IMG/VR virus record: IMGVR_UViG_3300027977_000007
Direction: 5' to 3' (one strand)
DNA: 64,000 bases
Source: a virus
The notes under the pieces are model-generated. The model had not been told where the DNA came from, searched no databases, and was given only the letters and a program-made list of their open reading frames with translations. Shown here piece after piece: positions 47,940-57,742 of the stretch; the first letter of the stretch is position 1, and each line of letters opens with the position of its first letter. Both the position numbers and the translations under genes were made by a program.

Positions 47940-48598
47940 TGGAGCAATTATTAATTTTAGCCAAACAAGTGTCAAAATACTGTGTTGGTATGGAAGGCAA
48001 TATTTCAATGAAAACTGAAGATGGTTTAATAATTAAAGCCAGTGGTTCTAAGTTAGCTAATTTAAGTTTAAACGACTTAGTTCATTATAATTTAAATGGT
48101 GTTCAAATCTCCAACTTAAGAAAGAAAGGTAGTATGGAGTTAAATTTTCACAAATATTTATTGAGTTTTAATGATATTAATTTTGTATCACATACACACC
48201 CAACAAACACTGTTAAAATTTTATCAACTGAGGTTTGTAACCTTTTCTCGTCAAATAGATTATTCCCAGACCAAGTAATTTTCAATGGTGCCAAATCATG
48301 TTTAGTACCGTATGCAAATCCAGGAAAAAACTTAACTAATTTGATTATGAAAGAAGTTGATTTATACATTAATACTGAAAATTGTTTCCCCAAACTCATT
48401 TTACTTAAAAACCATGGTATTATTACTTGTGGTAAAACAATAGATGAATGTGTAATGTCAACCGATATTTGCGATAAAGCCGCTGAGATATTTATTGGAG
48501 CTAAGACACTAGGGGAGGTTAACTATTTAAGTAGTGATGCGATTAAAGAATTATTAGAAGATAATAATGAAAAATATAGACAAGATTTATTAAAATGA
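47939..48598 (+). CDS. Class II aldolase/adducin family (AraD/FucA-like epimerase or aldolase)
   Basis: Motifs EGNIS, IKASG, SME..FH, HTHP and LKNHG (Zn ligands). Confidence 0.85.
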   Translation: MEQLLILAKQVSKYCVGMEGNISMKTEDGLIIKASGSKLANLSLNDLVHYNLNGVQISNLRKKGSMELNFHKYLLSFNDINFVSHTHPTNTVKILSTEVCNLFSSNRLFPDQVIFNGAKSCLVPYANPGKNLTNLIMKEVDLYINTENCFPKLILLKNHGIITCGKTIDECVMSTDICDKAAEIFIGAKTLGEVNYLSSDAIKELLEDNNEKYRQDLLK

Positions 48599-48888
48599 GG
48601 ATAATATACGTTGATATAGATGAAACAATCTGTGAAACACCAGAACCAAGAAATTATAATAATGCAAAACCAATACAAGTTAATATTGATAAAATAAATA
48701 AATTATATGATGAAGGTCATACTATTGTTTATTGGACTGCTCGTGGTAGCCGAACACAAATTAACTGGTATGATTTAACTAAGAAACAATTAAATGAATG
48801 GGGTGCTAAGCATCATGAATTAAATGTTACTAAACCTTATTATGATTTATTTATTGATGATAAAACACTTAGAATAGAAGAAATATGA
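48595..48888 (+). CDS. Capless HAD phosphatase (BcbF/EcbF-like)
   Basis: Motifs DIDETIC, WTARG and KP..DLFIDDK. Confidence 0.8.
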   Translation: MRIIYVDIDETICETPEPRNYNNAKPIQVNIDKINKLYDEGHTIVYWTARGSRTQINWYDLTKKQLNEWGAKHHELNVTKPYYDLFIDDKTLRIEEI

Positions 48889-49346
48889 AATTAATATCAC
48901 ATAGAGGTAATATTATCGGCCCTAATCCGATTAGAGAAAATTCACCGTCATATATTGATACTGCAATATCTGCTGGATATGAGGTTGAAGTGGATATAAA
49001 TTTTACAAACGGTAAATTTTATCTAGGTCATGACACACCAGATTATGAAATTAGTGAAAGGTGGATTGCATCTCGTAAAGATAAATTATGGTTTCATTGT
49101 AAAAATCTAGAAGCAGCCACTAAAATTAGTGTCTTAGGGGATGGCTATAAATTCTTTTGTCATACTTCAGACCCATTTGTTTTAACTAGTAATAAATATG
49201 TTTGGGTCCATGATTTAAATATGAATTTATGTGATAGGTGTATAATACCTCTTCTTAATGCCAACGATATTAAAAACTATAATGGTAAAATAATTTATGC
49301 TGTATGTACTGATTACATAACACTATTAAAATACAAATTAAAATAA
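48885..49346 (+). CDS. Glycerophosphodiester-phosphodiesterase-like protein (BcbG-like)
   Basis: Motifs ISHRGN, EN, VEVD, LGHD, WFHCKN and VCTDY. Confidence 0.7.
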   Translation: MKLISHRGNIIGPNPIRENSPSYIDTAISAGYEVEVDINFTNGKFYLGHDTPDYEISERWIASRKDKLWFHCKNLEAATKISVLGDGYKFFCHTSDPFVLTSNKYVWVHDLNMNLCDRCIIPLLNANDIKNYNGKIIYAVCTDYITLLKYKLK

Positions 49347-49355
49347 AAAATAAAT

Positions 49356-50000
49356 ATGTTTAATAATACAAACCCAGAAACAAATGGAGAAAGAAGATTC
49401 TTCAACTCAATTAAACAAAATTGTACATTGATATTCGATGTTGGTGCTAGTGATGATTCAATATTTCTTAATGATAAAATAGAGATTCATTATTTTGAAC
49501 CTTTAAAACGTAATTTAGATAATTTAAAATTAAAAGAAAATAAAAATATAAACCCAAAATTTAATTATTTTGGGTTAAGTGATATAGAAGAAACTCTTAA
49601 ATATTATGATAATCATGGTTCATTAATAAATAGGAGTGAAAAGTTTAGTAGAACACCTAGTTATTATTCTGGTATTGATGTCTTAGTGAAAAGAGCTGAT
49701 GAATATGTGAATAATAATAACATTACTAAAATAAGTTTTCTTAAATTAGATGTTGAAGGATATGAATTAAAAGTATTAAAAGGTTTTGGTGATAAATTAA
49801 AAATAGTAGACTATATTCAATTTGAATATGGTTCTGGAACAGCTGATGCTGATTGTACAATGCTTGAGTTAATTAATTATTTAAAAGGGTTTGGTTTTAC
49901 TGATTTTTCGTATTTAAGTGACGATGGGTTAGTACCGATAAATGATTTTTCAGACCATTGGTCTTTTTGTAATATAATGTGTGTTAATTCAAAAAAATAA
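49356..50000 (+). CDS. FkbM-family methyltransferase
   Basis: Motifs IFDVGA, FEP, LKLDVEGYELKVLKG and IQFEY. Confidence 0.85.
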   Translation: MFNNTNPETNGERRFFNSIKQNCTLIFDVGASDDSIFLNDKIEIHYFEPLKRNLDNLKLKENKNINPKFNYFGLSDIEETLKYYDNHGSLINRSEKFSRTPSYYSGIDVLVKRADEYVNNNNITKISFLKLDVEGYELKVLKGFGDKLKIVDYIQFEYGSGTADADCTMLELINYLKGFGFTDFSYLSDDGLVPINDFSDHWSFCNIMCVNSKK

Positions 50001-51085
50001 TGATAATAGATAATATTATATTTAAAAGTCGATTAGATAAATATTTTAATGGTGAATTTAATTTACACTCAGAACCAATGTTGACATTGGTTCCAAATAT
50101 AACAATATATGATGACTATAAATCTAAAAGTGAGGTTAAGTCATTTAATGATGTTAAATTTAGAATTGAACCAGAAGGACCACAATCTTTTACAGTTCAT
50201 CAAATAGGTGTTTGTGGTAATCAAATAATAAATATAACACATAAAATGTTGTCTTATTTCACATTAGTAAATAATAATTGGACATATGGGCATAATGAAA
50301 TAAATAAAATTTACAATAATATACAAAATTCATCTATATTTGAGATGGTTGATGAAGAAGTTTTTCAGTTTTTTGATTGTTTTCCATACGCACCAGTACA
50401 TAATCTAGACGATACATACAACTTATTATATTCTTATGTAAAAAGTGGGTTGACATGTAAATTATTAGTCTTGAAAACAGATAATTATTATTATAATCAA
50501 ACTATTAATTCACTTAAAGAATATTTTAATCTTGAATATTTTTATTTAGAACCACATAAAAATTATAAATTTAAAAAATTTAACTGCGTTAGACAATATC
50601 ATTGGATTCAAAATGACGCATTAAGTTTTATACATGATAATTACATAAAAAAAATATGTAATAAAATAATAGATAAACCAACATATGATAATATATGTTT
50701 AATAAAAACTGTTCACCCAACTAACACATCAACTGTTGATACCTTTAATATCACAAATAATTTTTCTAATATTTTAAAAGAAAAAAATATTTTTAATTTA
50801 GATAATATTAGAGATGATTTAGAATATAAAATATATCTTGTAAATAATGCTAAAAATATTATAATATCGTATTTATCCCCATTCAATGTTAATATTCATA
50901 AACATTGTGTTAAAACAGATGATAAGAATTTTATAATATTAAACGGTGGTTACGGTGGTTCAATAATACCACATTTTACTAAATTATTAGATAACAAATA
51001 TAATTTTTACGGTAGAGAAATTAACGGTGTTTTAATAGATAACAAAATATCCTTGGATGATTTGAATTCCTTTATAAATTTTTAA
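50000..51085 (+). CDS. Hypothetical glycan-locus protein (possibly divergent GT61-like)
   Basis: Weak motifs PVHNLDD and KIYLVNNAKNII; locus context. Confidence 0.4.
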   Translation: MIIDNIIFKSRLDKYFNGEFNLHSEPMLTLVPNITIYDDYKSKSEVKSFNDVKFRIEPEGPQSFTVHQIGVCGNQIINITHKMLSYFTLVNNNWTYGHNEINKIYNNIQNSSIFEMVDEEVFQFFDCFPYAPVHNLDDTYNLLYSYVKSGLTCKLLVLKTDNYYYNQTINSLKEYFNLEYFYLEPHKNYKFKKFNCVRQYHWIQNDALSFIHDNYIKKICNKIIDKPTYDNICLIKTVHPTNTSTVDTFNITNNFSNILKEKNIFNLDNIRDDLEYKIYLVNNAKNIIISYLSPFNVNIHKHCVKTDDKNFIILNGGYGGSIIPHFTKLLDNKYNFYGREINGVLIDNKISLDDLNSFINF

Positions 51086-51087
51086 TA

Positions 51088-52653
51088 ATGAAAAAACCAC
51101 AATTAATAATTCCAATGTCTGGAATTGGTAAACGTTTTATAGATGCTGGGTACGATGTACCAAAGCCCTTAATTGAAGTTGATGGTATACCAATAATAGA
51201 GCACGTTGTTAATCTATTCGATAGACCAGACGATGTAATTTTCATATGTAACGAAGTACACTTAATAGATACCAACATGATTGAGATACTTAAACGTATT
51301 TCACCTAATTGTAAAATATATCCAGTCCCAAATGCAAATAGACGTGGGCCAGTGGATGCTGTTACCCAGATTTTTGATAAAATAGATGATGATAAAGAAA
51401 TTATTTTTAGCTATTGTGATTATGGTACCGAATGGGATTATAAAAAATTCCTAAAGGAAACTAGAGAAAATAATTCAGATGGCGCAATACCATGTTACAC
51501 TGGATTTCATCCGCATATGTTAGGTAATGATAATTATGCTTTTGTTAAGTGTGATGGTAATCGAGCGTTGGATATTCAAGAAAAGAAACCATTTACAAAC
51601 GATAAAATGAGTGAACGTGCGTCAAATGGTACTTACTACTTTAAAAATGGTAAAATTGTTAAAAAATACTTTAAAGAATTAATTGATAAAAATATTAATA
51701 TTAATGGAGAATATTATATTAGTTTAGTTTATAAATTATTAATAAACGATAATAAACTAGTTACAACATTTTTAATAGATAAGATGTTACAATGGGGTAC
51801 ACCATATGATTTGGAAAACTATAATACATGGTTAGATTATTTCATAAGTGTTAAAAATGAACAACCAAAAATAGAAAATCCAGCAAATACAACACTTATA
51901 CTACCAATGGCTGGTAAGGGTAGTAGGTTTAATGAAGATGGTTACGAACTACCTAAACCAATGTTAGATGTCATGGGTAAACCAATGATTATTCAAGCGG
52001 TTAATTGTTTGCCGAAGTCAGAAAAAAGTATTTTTATTTGTTTAGATGAACACATAAAAAAATTTAGTATTGATACCATACTAATCGATACCTACAAAAA
52101 CACTAATATTGTCTCAATAAAAGAGACAACTGAAGGTCAAGCTTGTACATGTGATATAGGTATAAAAACACATAATGTTAACCTAGAAAATCCAATAATG
52201 ATTTCAGCCTGTGATAATGGTGTATATTATGATACTAAAGAATATTTAAAACTAATTGAAGATGACAGCATTGATGTAATTGTTTGGTCATTTAGAAATA
52301 ATCAAGCTAGTAAAGTAAATCCAAATGCGTATGCTTGGTTAGATGTTGATGACGAAGGAATTATAAAACATGTATCGTGTAAGAATTTTATATATGATAA
52401 CCCATTAACTACCCACGCAATAATTGGTACTATGTTTTTTAGAAAGGGTAAATATTTTATTGATGGTTTTAACGCTAATCTAATGGAAAATGTTAGAACA
52501 AACGGTGAATTTTATGTTGATGATGTTTTAAACCAAAATATAAAAGCTGGTTTAAAAGTTAAAGTTTTTGAGGTAAAACACTACATTTGTTGGGGTACAC
52601 CTAATGACTATAAAACGTATAACTATTGGAATGAGCACTTTAATTTATTTTAA
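51088..52653 (+). CDS. Tandem two-domain sugar nucleotidyltransferase-like protein (BcbE/KfoE-like)
   Basis: Two domains: IIPMSGIGKRF..PKPLI..EKK..NGEYY..WGTP and ILPMAGKGSRF..PKPML..NGEFYV..WGTP. Confidence 0.85.
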   Translation: MKKPQLIIPMSGIGKRFIDAGYDVPKPLIEVDGIPIIEHVVNLFDRPDDVIFICNEVHLIDTNMIEILKRISPNCKIYPVPNANRRGPVDAVTQIFDKIDDDKEIIFSYCDYGTEWDYKKFLKETRENNSDGAIPCYTGFHPHMLGNDNYAFVKCDGNRALDIQEKKPFTNDKMSERASNGTYYFKNGKIVKKYFKELIDKNININGEYYISLVYKLLINDNKLVTTFLIDKMLQWGTPYDLENYNTWLDYFISVKNEQPKIENPANTTLILPMAGKGSRFNEDGYELPKPMLDVMGKPMIIQAVNCLPKSEKSIFICLDEHIKKFSIDTILIDTYKNTNIVSIKETTEGQACTCDIGIKTHNVNLENPIMISACDNGVYYDTKEYLKLIEDDSIDVIVWSFRNNQASKVNPNAYAWLDVDDEGIIKHVSCKNFIYDNPLTTHAIIGTMFFRKGKYFIDGFNANLMENVRTNGEFYVDDVLNQNIKAGLKVKVFEVKHYICWGTPNDYKTYNYWNEHFNLF

Positions 52654-52725
52654 AATTAAAAAACTATTAACAAACTAGACTCATGACTATTATAAAATAA
52701 TGCGATATTTATTATTAAACAATTT

Positions 52726-53571
52726 ATGCAAAAAAAACCAGTCGCTAGGCGTACTACATCAACCACTGAAACACCTAAAAGAACTAGGACCAAAGTAAGT
52801 ACTGATAAAAATGTGGATATTATATCATTGATAAAGTTAGATATCAAGCATAAAAACGAAACACAAAAAAAGCTCTCCTTATCGATTAAAGAAAATGATG
52901 TTACCGTATGTACAGGTTCCGCTGGTACTGGTAAGACATACATCAGCGTTTTTGAAGCATTATTATTATTAAAAAACAACTCAGACACGTATCGTGAAAT
53001 AAAGTTGGTCAAATCAATAACACAATTAAAGAATGAAGACATCGGTACACTACCAGGTGATGCGGTAGAAAAAATGAAATTCCATATGATGTCTTACCTT
53101 GATGCATTTTATAAGCTAATAGGTGAAGAATTAACCACCAAGCTTATCGATGCTGGGTACATTAAATTTGAGGTATTTGGGGCCATTAGAGGTAGGTCAT
53201 TTAGCAATGCGATAATTCTAGTAGATGAGTTCCAAAACATAAGCCATGATAACGCTAAGACGTTCCTAACTAGGTTTGGTGATAATACCAAGATTATCAT
53301 ATTAGGTGATAGCGGTCAAATAGATATTCGAAATAAGAACGAAAGCTCATTAGAGCGATTATCTAAAAGGGTTCAACTTAAACCCATTGATGGTGTTGGT
53401 GTTGTAGAATTTAGCGATGCCGATATAGTTAGACATAGATTAACTAGTTATTTTATTGATATATTTGATGAGTCGGATAACGTTAAACCAATCAACAAGC
53501 CAAAGGTAGAAAATACCCCAAAATCAAATAAAGATTCTTTTTTTGTTCGTGGCTTAGATTTTTTTAGATAA
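52726..53571 (+). CDS. phoH: PhoH-family ATPase
   Basis: Motifs GSAGTGKT, IGTLPG, IRGRSF, LVDEFQN, TRFG, GDSGQID and DIVRH. Confidence 0.9.
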   Translation: MQKKPVARRTTSTTETPKRTRTKVSTDKNVDIISLIKLDIKHKNETQKKLSLSIKENDVTVCTGSAGTGKTYISVFEALLLLKNNSDTYREIKLVKSITQLKNEDIGTLPGDAVEKMKFHMMSYLDAFYKLIGEELTTKLIDAGYIKFEVFGAIRGRSFSNAIILVDEFQNISHDNAKTFLTRFGDNTKIIILGDSGQIDIRNKNESSLERLSKRVQLKPIDGVGVVEFSDADIVRHRLTSYFIDIFDESDNVKPINKPKVENTPKSNKDSFFVRGLDFFR

Positions 53572-53620
53572 AATACAATCTTTTACTTTACTTATCATAT
53601 TCCTTTATTAAGTTTGGAAT

Positions 53621-54229
53621 ATGAAAATAAATATATCACTAAATGAGGTATTAAGGGACTTTATCAGTCAATTTATTTATACCTATGATAAGTATATAAG
53701 TCAAATTGATATTAAAGCAAACGATGTAACTAGTTTTGACTTATTAGATACTTTTAAATTTGAGTCTATTGATAGACTAAATAGCTTCCTATATCTAGAG
53801 GCACCATTAGAAATTTTTGGTCATGCTGACCAAACATATAATGGATTAATGAATGAGTTCAATCAATTTTTAATGGATATAGAAGACGATGGTGACCATC
53901 AAATATCATTGGTCAGTCGTGAAGTTAATAAAGCCATTCCAGCAACATTATTTTTCTTGTCTAAGACTGGTTGCCGTGCATCAAATATTTCATTTGTTAA
54001 AAAACATGAAGATGAATGGAATTATACTGATGTATTAATTACGGCCAACCCAAAAAGCCTAGCAGCTAAGCCAGATGGTAAGATAAGTGTTAAGGTTAAA
54101 ACACCGTATAACACTGATGCTAATGCTGACTACGAGATAGAATCAATCTTAGATTTTATCAATGATGAAGAACTTAGGGATAAAATCCTAACAAAAATAA
54201 TAACAACAACTTACGAAGAAATTAACTAA
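53621..54229 (+). CDS. 5'(3')-deoxyribonucleotidase-like HAD protein, degenerate
   Basis: N-terminal INISLNEVLRDF (normally DxDGVL), C-terminal PYN. TAAGTTTG -7 element at 53609-53616. Confidence 0.5.
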   Translation: MKINISLNEVLRDFISQFIYTYDKYISQIDIKANDVTSFDLLDTFKFESIDRLNSFLYLEAPLEIFGHADQTYNGLMNEFNQFLMDIEDDGDHQISLVSREVNKAIPATLFFLSKTGCRASNISFVKKHEDEWNYTDVLITANPKSLAAKPDGKISVKVKTPYNTDANADYEIESILDFINDEELRDKILTKIITTTYEEIN

Positions 54230-54230
54230 T

Positions 54231-54590
54231 ATGATAGATTTCGGTGGAATTATCTACTATCTTGATTTAGATGAATTATCTAAATTTACAACGATTAACC
54301 CAAACGGTGAAGAATACCGTGTTACAACTAAGACCAAAACAAAACACTATAATGGTGGTGATGTTCATTATTATGATGTAATTGAAACCAAAACCCCAAA
54401 GGTTACAGAAGTAGATATAACAAAATATGAGTTTATACGGATGATGATTGAGACCTTATTAGATGGGATTTATGAAGAAGAAGAAACTGACCTAGGTGCA
54501 GATAGGGCTTTATCAAAAAAACCACTAGCTTATCAATTAGCATTTAATACCCTATACCATTATAATATTTTAAAAGAAAAAGAACTTTAA
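54231..54590 (+). CDS. Hypothetical protein
   Basis: Coupled ORF. Confidence 0.55.
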   Translation: MIDFGGIIYYLDLDELSKFTTINPNGEEYRVTTKTKTKHYNGGDVHYYDVIETKTPKVTEVDITKYEFIRMMIETLLDGIYEEEETDLGADRALSKKPLAYQLAFNTLYHYNILKEKEL

Positions 54591-54594
54591 TACA

Positions 54595-55758
54595 ATGCAA
54601 TCAAACAAAAAACAATTTGAAGACCAATTACAACAAGGTAAAAATGTAATTGAAAAACTAGGTAATAAGGATTTTACAATCTATTACTTTACCTTAGATA
54701 CAAAGGGTAATCCAACAGCTGGTATTGCTAATATTTATGAACATGTAAAAATGTTAAACGAATTAGGTTATAAGGCTGTGATTTTGCATGAGAAAAATGA
54801 CTACAAGTTAGTCGGTGACGAAAATAGTTATGGTATTAAAGAATGGTTGGGTGAGGAATACGCTATGCTACCTCACGCATCAATCGAAAAACAAGAACTT
54901 AATATTGGCCCAGCTGATATTATTGTTATACCAGAAATCTTTGCTAATATCATGGACCAGATTAAAGCCTTCCCATGTAAGAAAGTGGTTTTATCACAAA
55001 GCTACAATTATTTGTTGGAATTATTACCACTGGGTAAAAGATGGAATGTGGACTACGGTTTCTATGACGTTATTACAACAAGTGTAAAGCAAGCTAGATA
55101 CCTAACTACACTATTCCCATCAATTAGGACACATATCGTACCTGTGTCGATTGCAGACTACTTTAAACCTAATGTCAAGCCTAAGCAACCTATCGTATCA
55201 ATTCTATCTAGAAACCAAAATGATGCGGCTAAGATTGTTAAGGCATTTTACTTAGAATATCCAATTTACAAATGGGTTACATTTAAAGAACTTAGAGGCT
55301 TACCTAAAAAACAATTTGCTGAGCAATTAAGCAAATCTTGTCTAGCGGTATGGGTTGATGACGAAGCTGGCTTCGGCACATTCCCATTGGAAGCAATGGA
55401 ATCAAATACACCAGTAATCGGTAAGATACCTAATATGGTTCCAGAATGGATGGAAGGAACTGACGGTGATGGTCAACCAGTTATCAAAAATAATGGCGTT
55501 TGGACCAACACAACAATTAATCTTCCAGAATTAATTGCAACTTATATGAAGCTATGGTTTGAGGATTCAATTCCTAGTGACCTACTTAATAGTATAGAAA
55601 GCTCTAAGGGTCAATACACTACTGAGATGCAAAAAGAAAAGCTTGCGTTGGTTTACCAAACACTAGTTGATAATAGAGTATCAGAAATGACTCAAATTGT
55701 GGATAGCTTAGCATCACAATTGGTAGAAATTGCTGAAGAAACAACAAAAAATGCATAA
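54595..55758 (+). CDS. Glycosyltransferase, GT-B fold
   Basis: Motifs AGIANIYEH, IVIPEI and AGFGTFPLEAM. Confidence 0.7.
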   Translation: MQSNKKQFEDQLQQGKNVIEKLGNKDFTIYYFTLDTKGNPTAGIANIYEHVKMLNELGYKAVILHEKNDYKLVGDENSYGIKEWLGEEYAMLPHASIEKQELNIGPADIIVIPEIFANIMDQIKAFPCKKVVLSQSYNYLLELLPLGKRWNVDYGFYDVITTSVKQARYLTTLFPSIRTHIVPVSIADYFKPNVKPKQPIVSILSRNQNDAAKIVKAFYLEYPIYKWVTFKELRGLPKKQFAEQLSKSCLAVWVDDEAGFGTFPLEAMESNTPVIGKIPNMVPEWMEGTDGDGQPVIKNNGVWTNTTINLPELIATYMKLWFEDSIPSDLLNSIESSKGQYTTEMQKEKLALVYQTLVDNRVSEMTQIVDSLASQLVEIAEETTKNA

Positions 55759-55782
55759 AAATAATACAATAAAATATACAAA

Positions 55783-56574
55783 ATGTCTAATATATCAATA
55801 ATAATTCCAGTTCACGAATTGGATGAAACAACAAAGGTAACATTAACAAATGCAATTACTAGCGTTAAAGAGCAAGTAGTAAGACCATCAGAACTAATTA
55901 TTGTAGTTCCGAAGGGAAGTGATGCAGCATCATATATTAAAGATTATGACTTTGGCGATTTAGCTACATCAGTAGTAATTGCTGAAAATGAAGGTGCTAC
56001 AGATTTTGCAACACAATTTAATTATGGTGTTAAGGTAGCTAAATCAGAATGGGTTAGTCTATTGGAATATGATGATGAATTAGCTAAGATATGGCTTAAG
56101 AATGTTGTGGAATATCGTACAGCATATCCAGATGTTGCCATCTTTATGCCAATCGTTGTAGACGTGGACCAAAACAATCAATTTAACGGCTTTACAAACG
56201 AAGCTGTATGGGCGCAAAACTTTTCAGATGAGTTAGGTATCTTAGATAATAACGCTTTGTTAATGTACCAAAACTTTAACGTTGATGGATTTGTAATGAA
56301 AAAATCAACATATGAAGAATTTGGCGGTTTCAAAAGCAATATACCGCTAACATTCATTTATGAATTCTTGCTTCGTATGACGTTCTTATCTCTTAAGACA
56401 ATGGTTATACCTAAATTTGGTTACAAACATGTTAACTTAAGACCTAATTCATTATTTTCTAATTATAAAAATACTCTATCTCCATTAGATGCAAAATGGT
56501 GGTTGGCTCAAGCTAAAAAAGAATATTTCTTTGTTAAAGATAGAGTGATAACAAAAGTACAAGAAACTGTATAA
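55783..56574 (+). CDS. Glycosyltransferase, GT2 family
   Basis: Motifs ISIIIPV, NYGV..AKSEWVSLLEYDD and GGF...YEFLLR. Confidence 0.75.
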   Translation: MSNISIIIPVHELDETTKVTLTNAITSVKEQVVRPSELIIVVPKGSDAASYIKDYDFGDLATSVVIAENEGATDFATQFNYGVKVAKSEWVSLLEYDDELAKIWLKNVVEYRTAYPDVAIFMPIVVDVDQNNQFNGFTNEAVWAQNFSDELGILDNNALLMYQNFNVDGFVMKKSTYEEFGGFKSNIPLTFIYEFLLRMTFLSLKTMVIPKFGYKHVNLRPNSLFSNYKNTLSPLDAKWWLAQAKKEYFFVKDRVITKVQETV

Positions 56575-57299
56575 TGATTAAAAGAGGACGCAAAAGAAAA
56601 AATGACATGTATTTTGGTCCAGAAGAAGAAGAAGCAGTTATTAGATTTTTAGAATCAACAAACGAAACAGAAAGGAATCAGATTTTTAATAAATGGCTTA
56701 AAGGGCCATTTGATAAAATGGTCGAATCAATAATTAGAAAGTACAAGTTATATAGAAAGGATATTAGTTTTGAGGAATTACATAGTGATACCGTTTCTTT
56801 TCTAGCAACAAAGGTACATAAGTTCGAAAGTGGTCGGGGTAAAAAAGCTTATTCGTATTTTGGTACAATTTGTAAGCGTTATATTATAGGTTTATTAATC
56901 AAGGATGATAAATACCTAAAACATACCGCATCGTATGATGATATTTCAGAAGATTTAGCAGAACGTAGTGAACTAACCTATGTTATTGATACTGACCATT
57001 TTTTAATGGATGAATTCATTAAAAAAGTTGTCGTTGGCATTCAAGAAGAACTTGAGAATGAAAATTTACCAGCTAAGAAAAGACTTAATGAAAATGAACG
57101 TAAGGTTGGTCATGCATTAATTGAAATATTAGAACATTGGGAAATAATATTTGATGGTGAAGATAGCGGTTCTAAATATAATAAGAACTCAGTATTGGAA
57201 ACGATGCGTAACTATACCAACCTATCAACAAAGGATATTAGGATAGCTATGAAGCGATATAAACAACTCTATGACCTGTTAAAGAATCATATTTTATAG
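56574..57299 (+). CDS. Phage sigma factor, T4 gp55-like (late transcription)
   Basis: Region-2-like KVHKFESGRGKKAYSYFGTICKRY; N-terminal YF motif. Confidence 0.65.
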   Translation: MIKRGRKRKNDMYFGPEEEEAVIRFLESTNETERNQIFNKWLKGPFDKMVESIIRKYKLYRKDISFEELHSDTVSFLATKVHKFESGRGKKAYSYFGTICKRYIIGLLIKDDKYLKHTASYDDISEDLAERSELTYVIDTDHFLMDEFIKKVVVGIQEELENENLPAKKRLNENERKVGHALIEILEHWEIIFDGEDSGSKYNKNSVLETMRNYTNLSTKDIRIAMKRYKQLYDLLKNHIL

Positions 57300-57347
57300 A
57301 TTCCAAATAAAACGTAGGTTTAAGATATTTATAATAAAGACAAATCG

Positions 57348-57740
57348 ATGCCACGTAAACAAAAACAAGATATAAAAATCAATAGTGATGATTCACTATC
57401 TGGTTTAATGCAAGAAACATACAATGATGCTTGCTTGCAAATAAACGATGCTCAACGCACGATAAATGAATTAACGGTAAGCGCAATAGCTACAGATATT
57501 GATGACCTGACAAAGGTTGCCAAAGAAAAGGCTGGCCTATTAAAGGTTAAGGATTCTGCGATACGAATAAAATTAGAAATCGCAAAATTACAAAGCGATA
57601 TAATTAAAAATCGTGGTGATGTGGATTCAGTTATATCTGAACGAAATCAAGGTGCACCTTCACTTTCTGACTTTAATTCCTTAAGGGAAATGTTAAAGAA
57701 GGGTAAAGAAAATAATGACGATTCTTTTGATATGGATTAA
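57348..57740 (+). CDS. Hypothetical helical late protein
   Basis: Late motif at 57325-57332; coiled-coil-like sequence. Confidence 0.55.
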   Translation: MPRKQKQDIKINSDDSLSGLMQETYNDACLQINDAQRTINELTVSAIATDIDDLTKVAKEKAGLLKVKDSAIRIKLEIAKLQSDIIKNRGDVDSVISERNQGAPSLSDFNSLREMLKKGKENNDDSFDMD

Positions 57741-57742
57741 TA

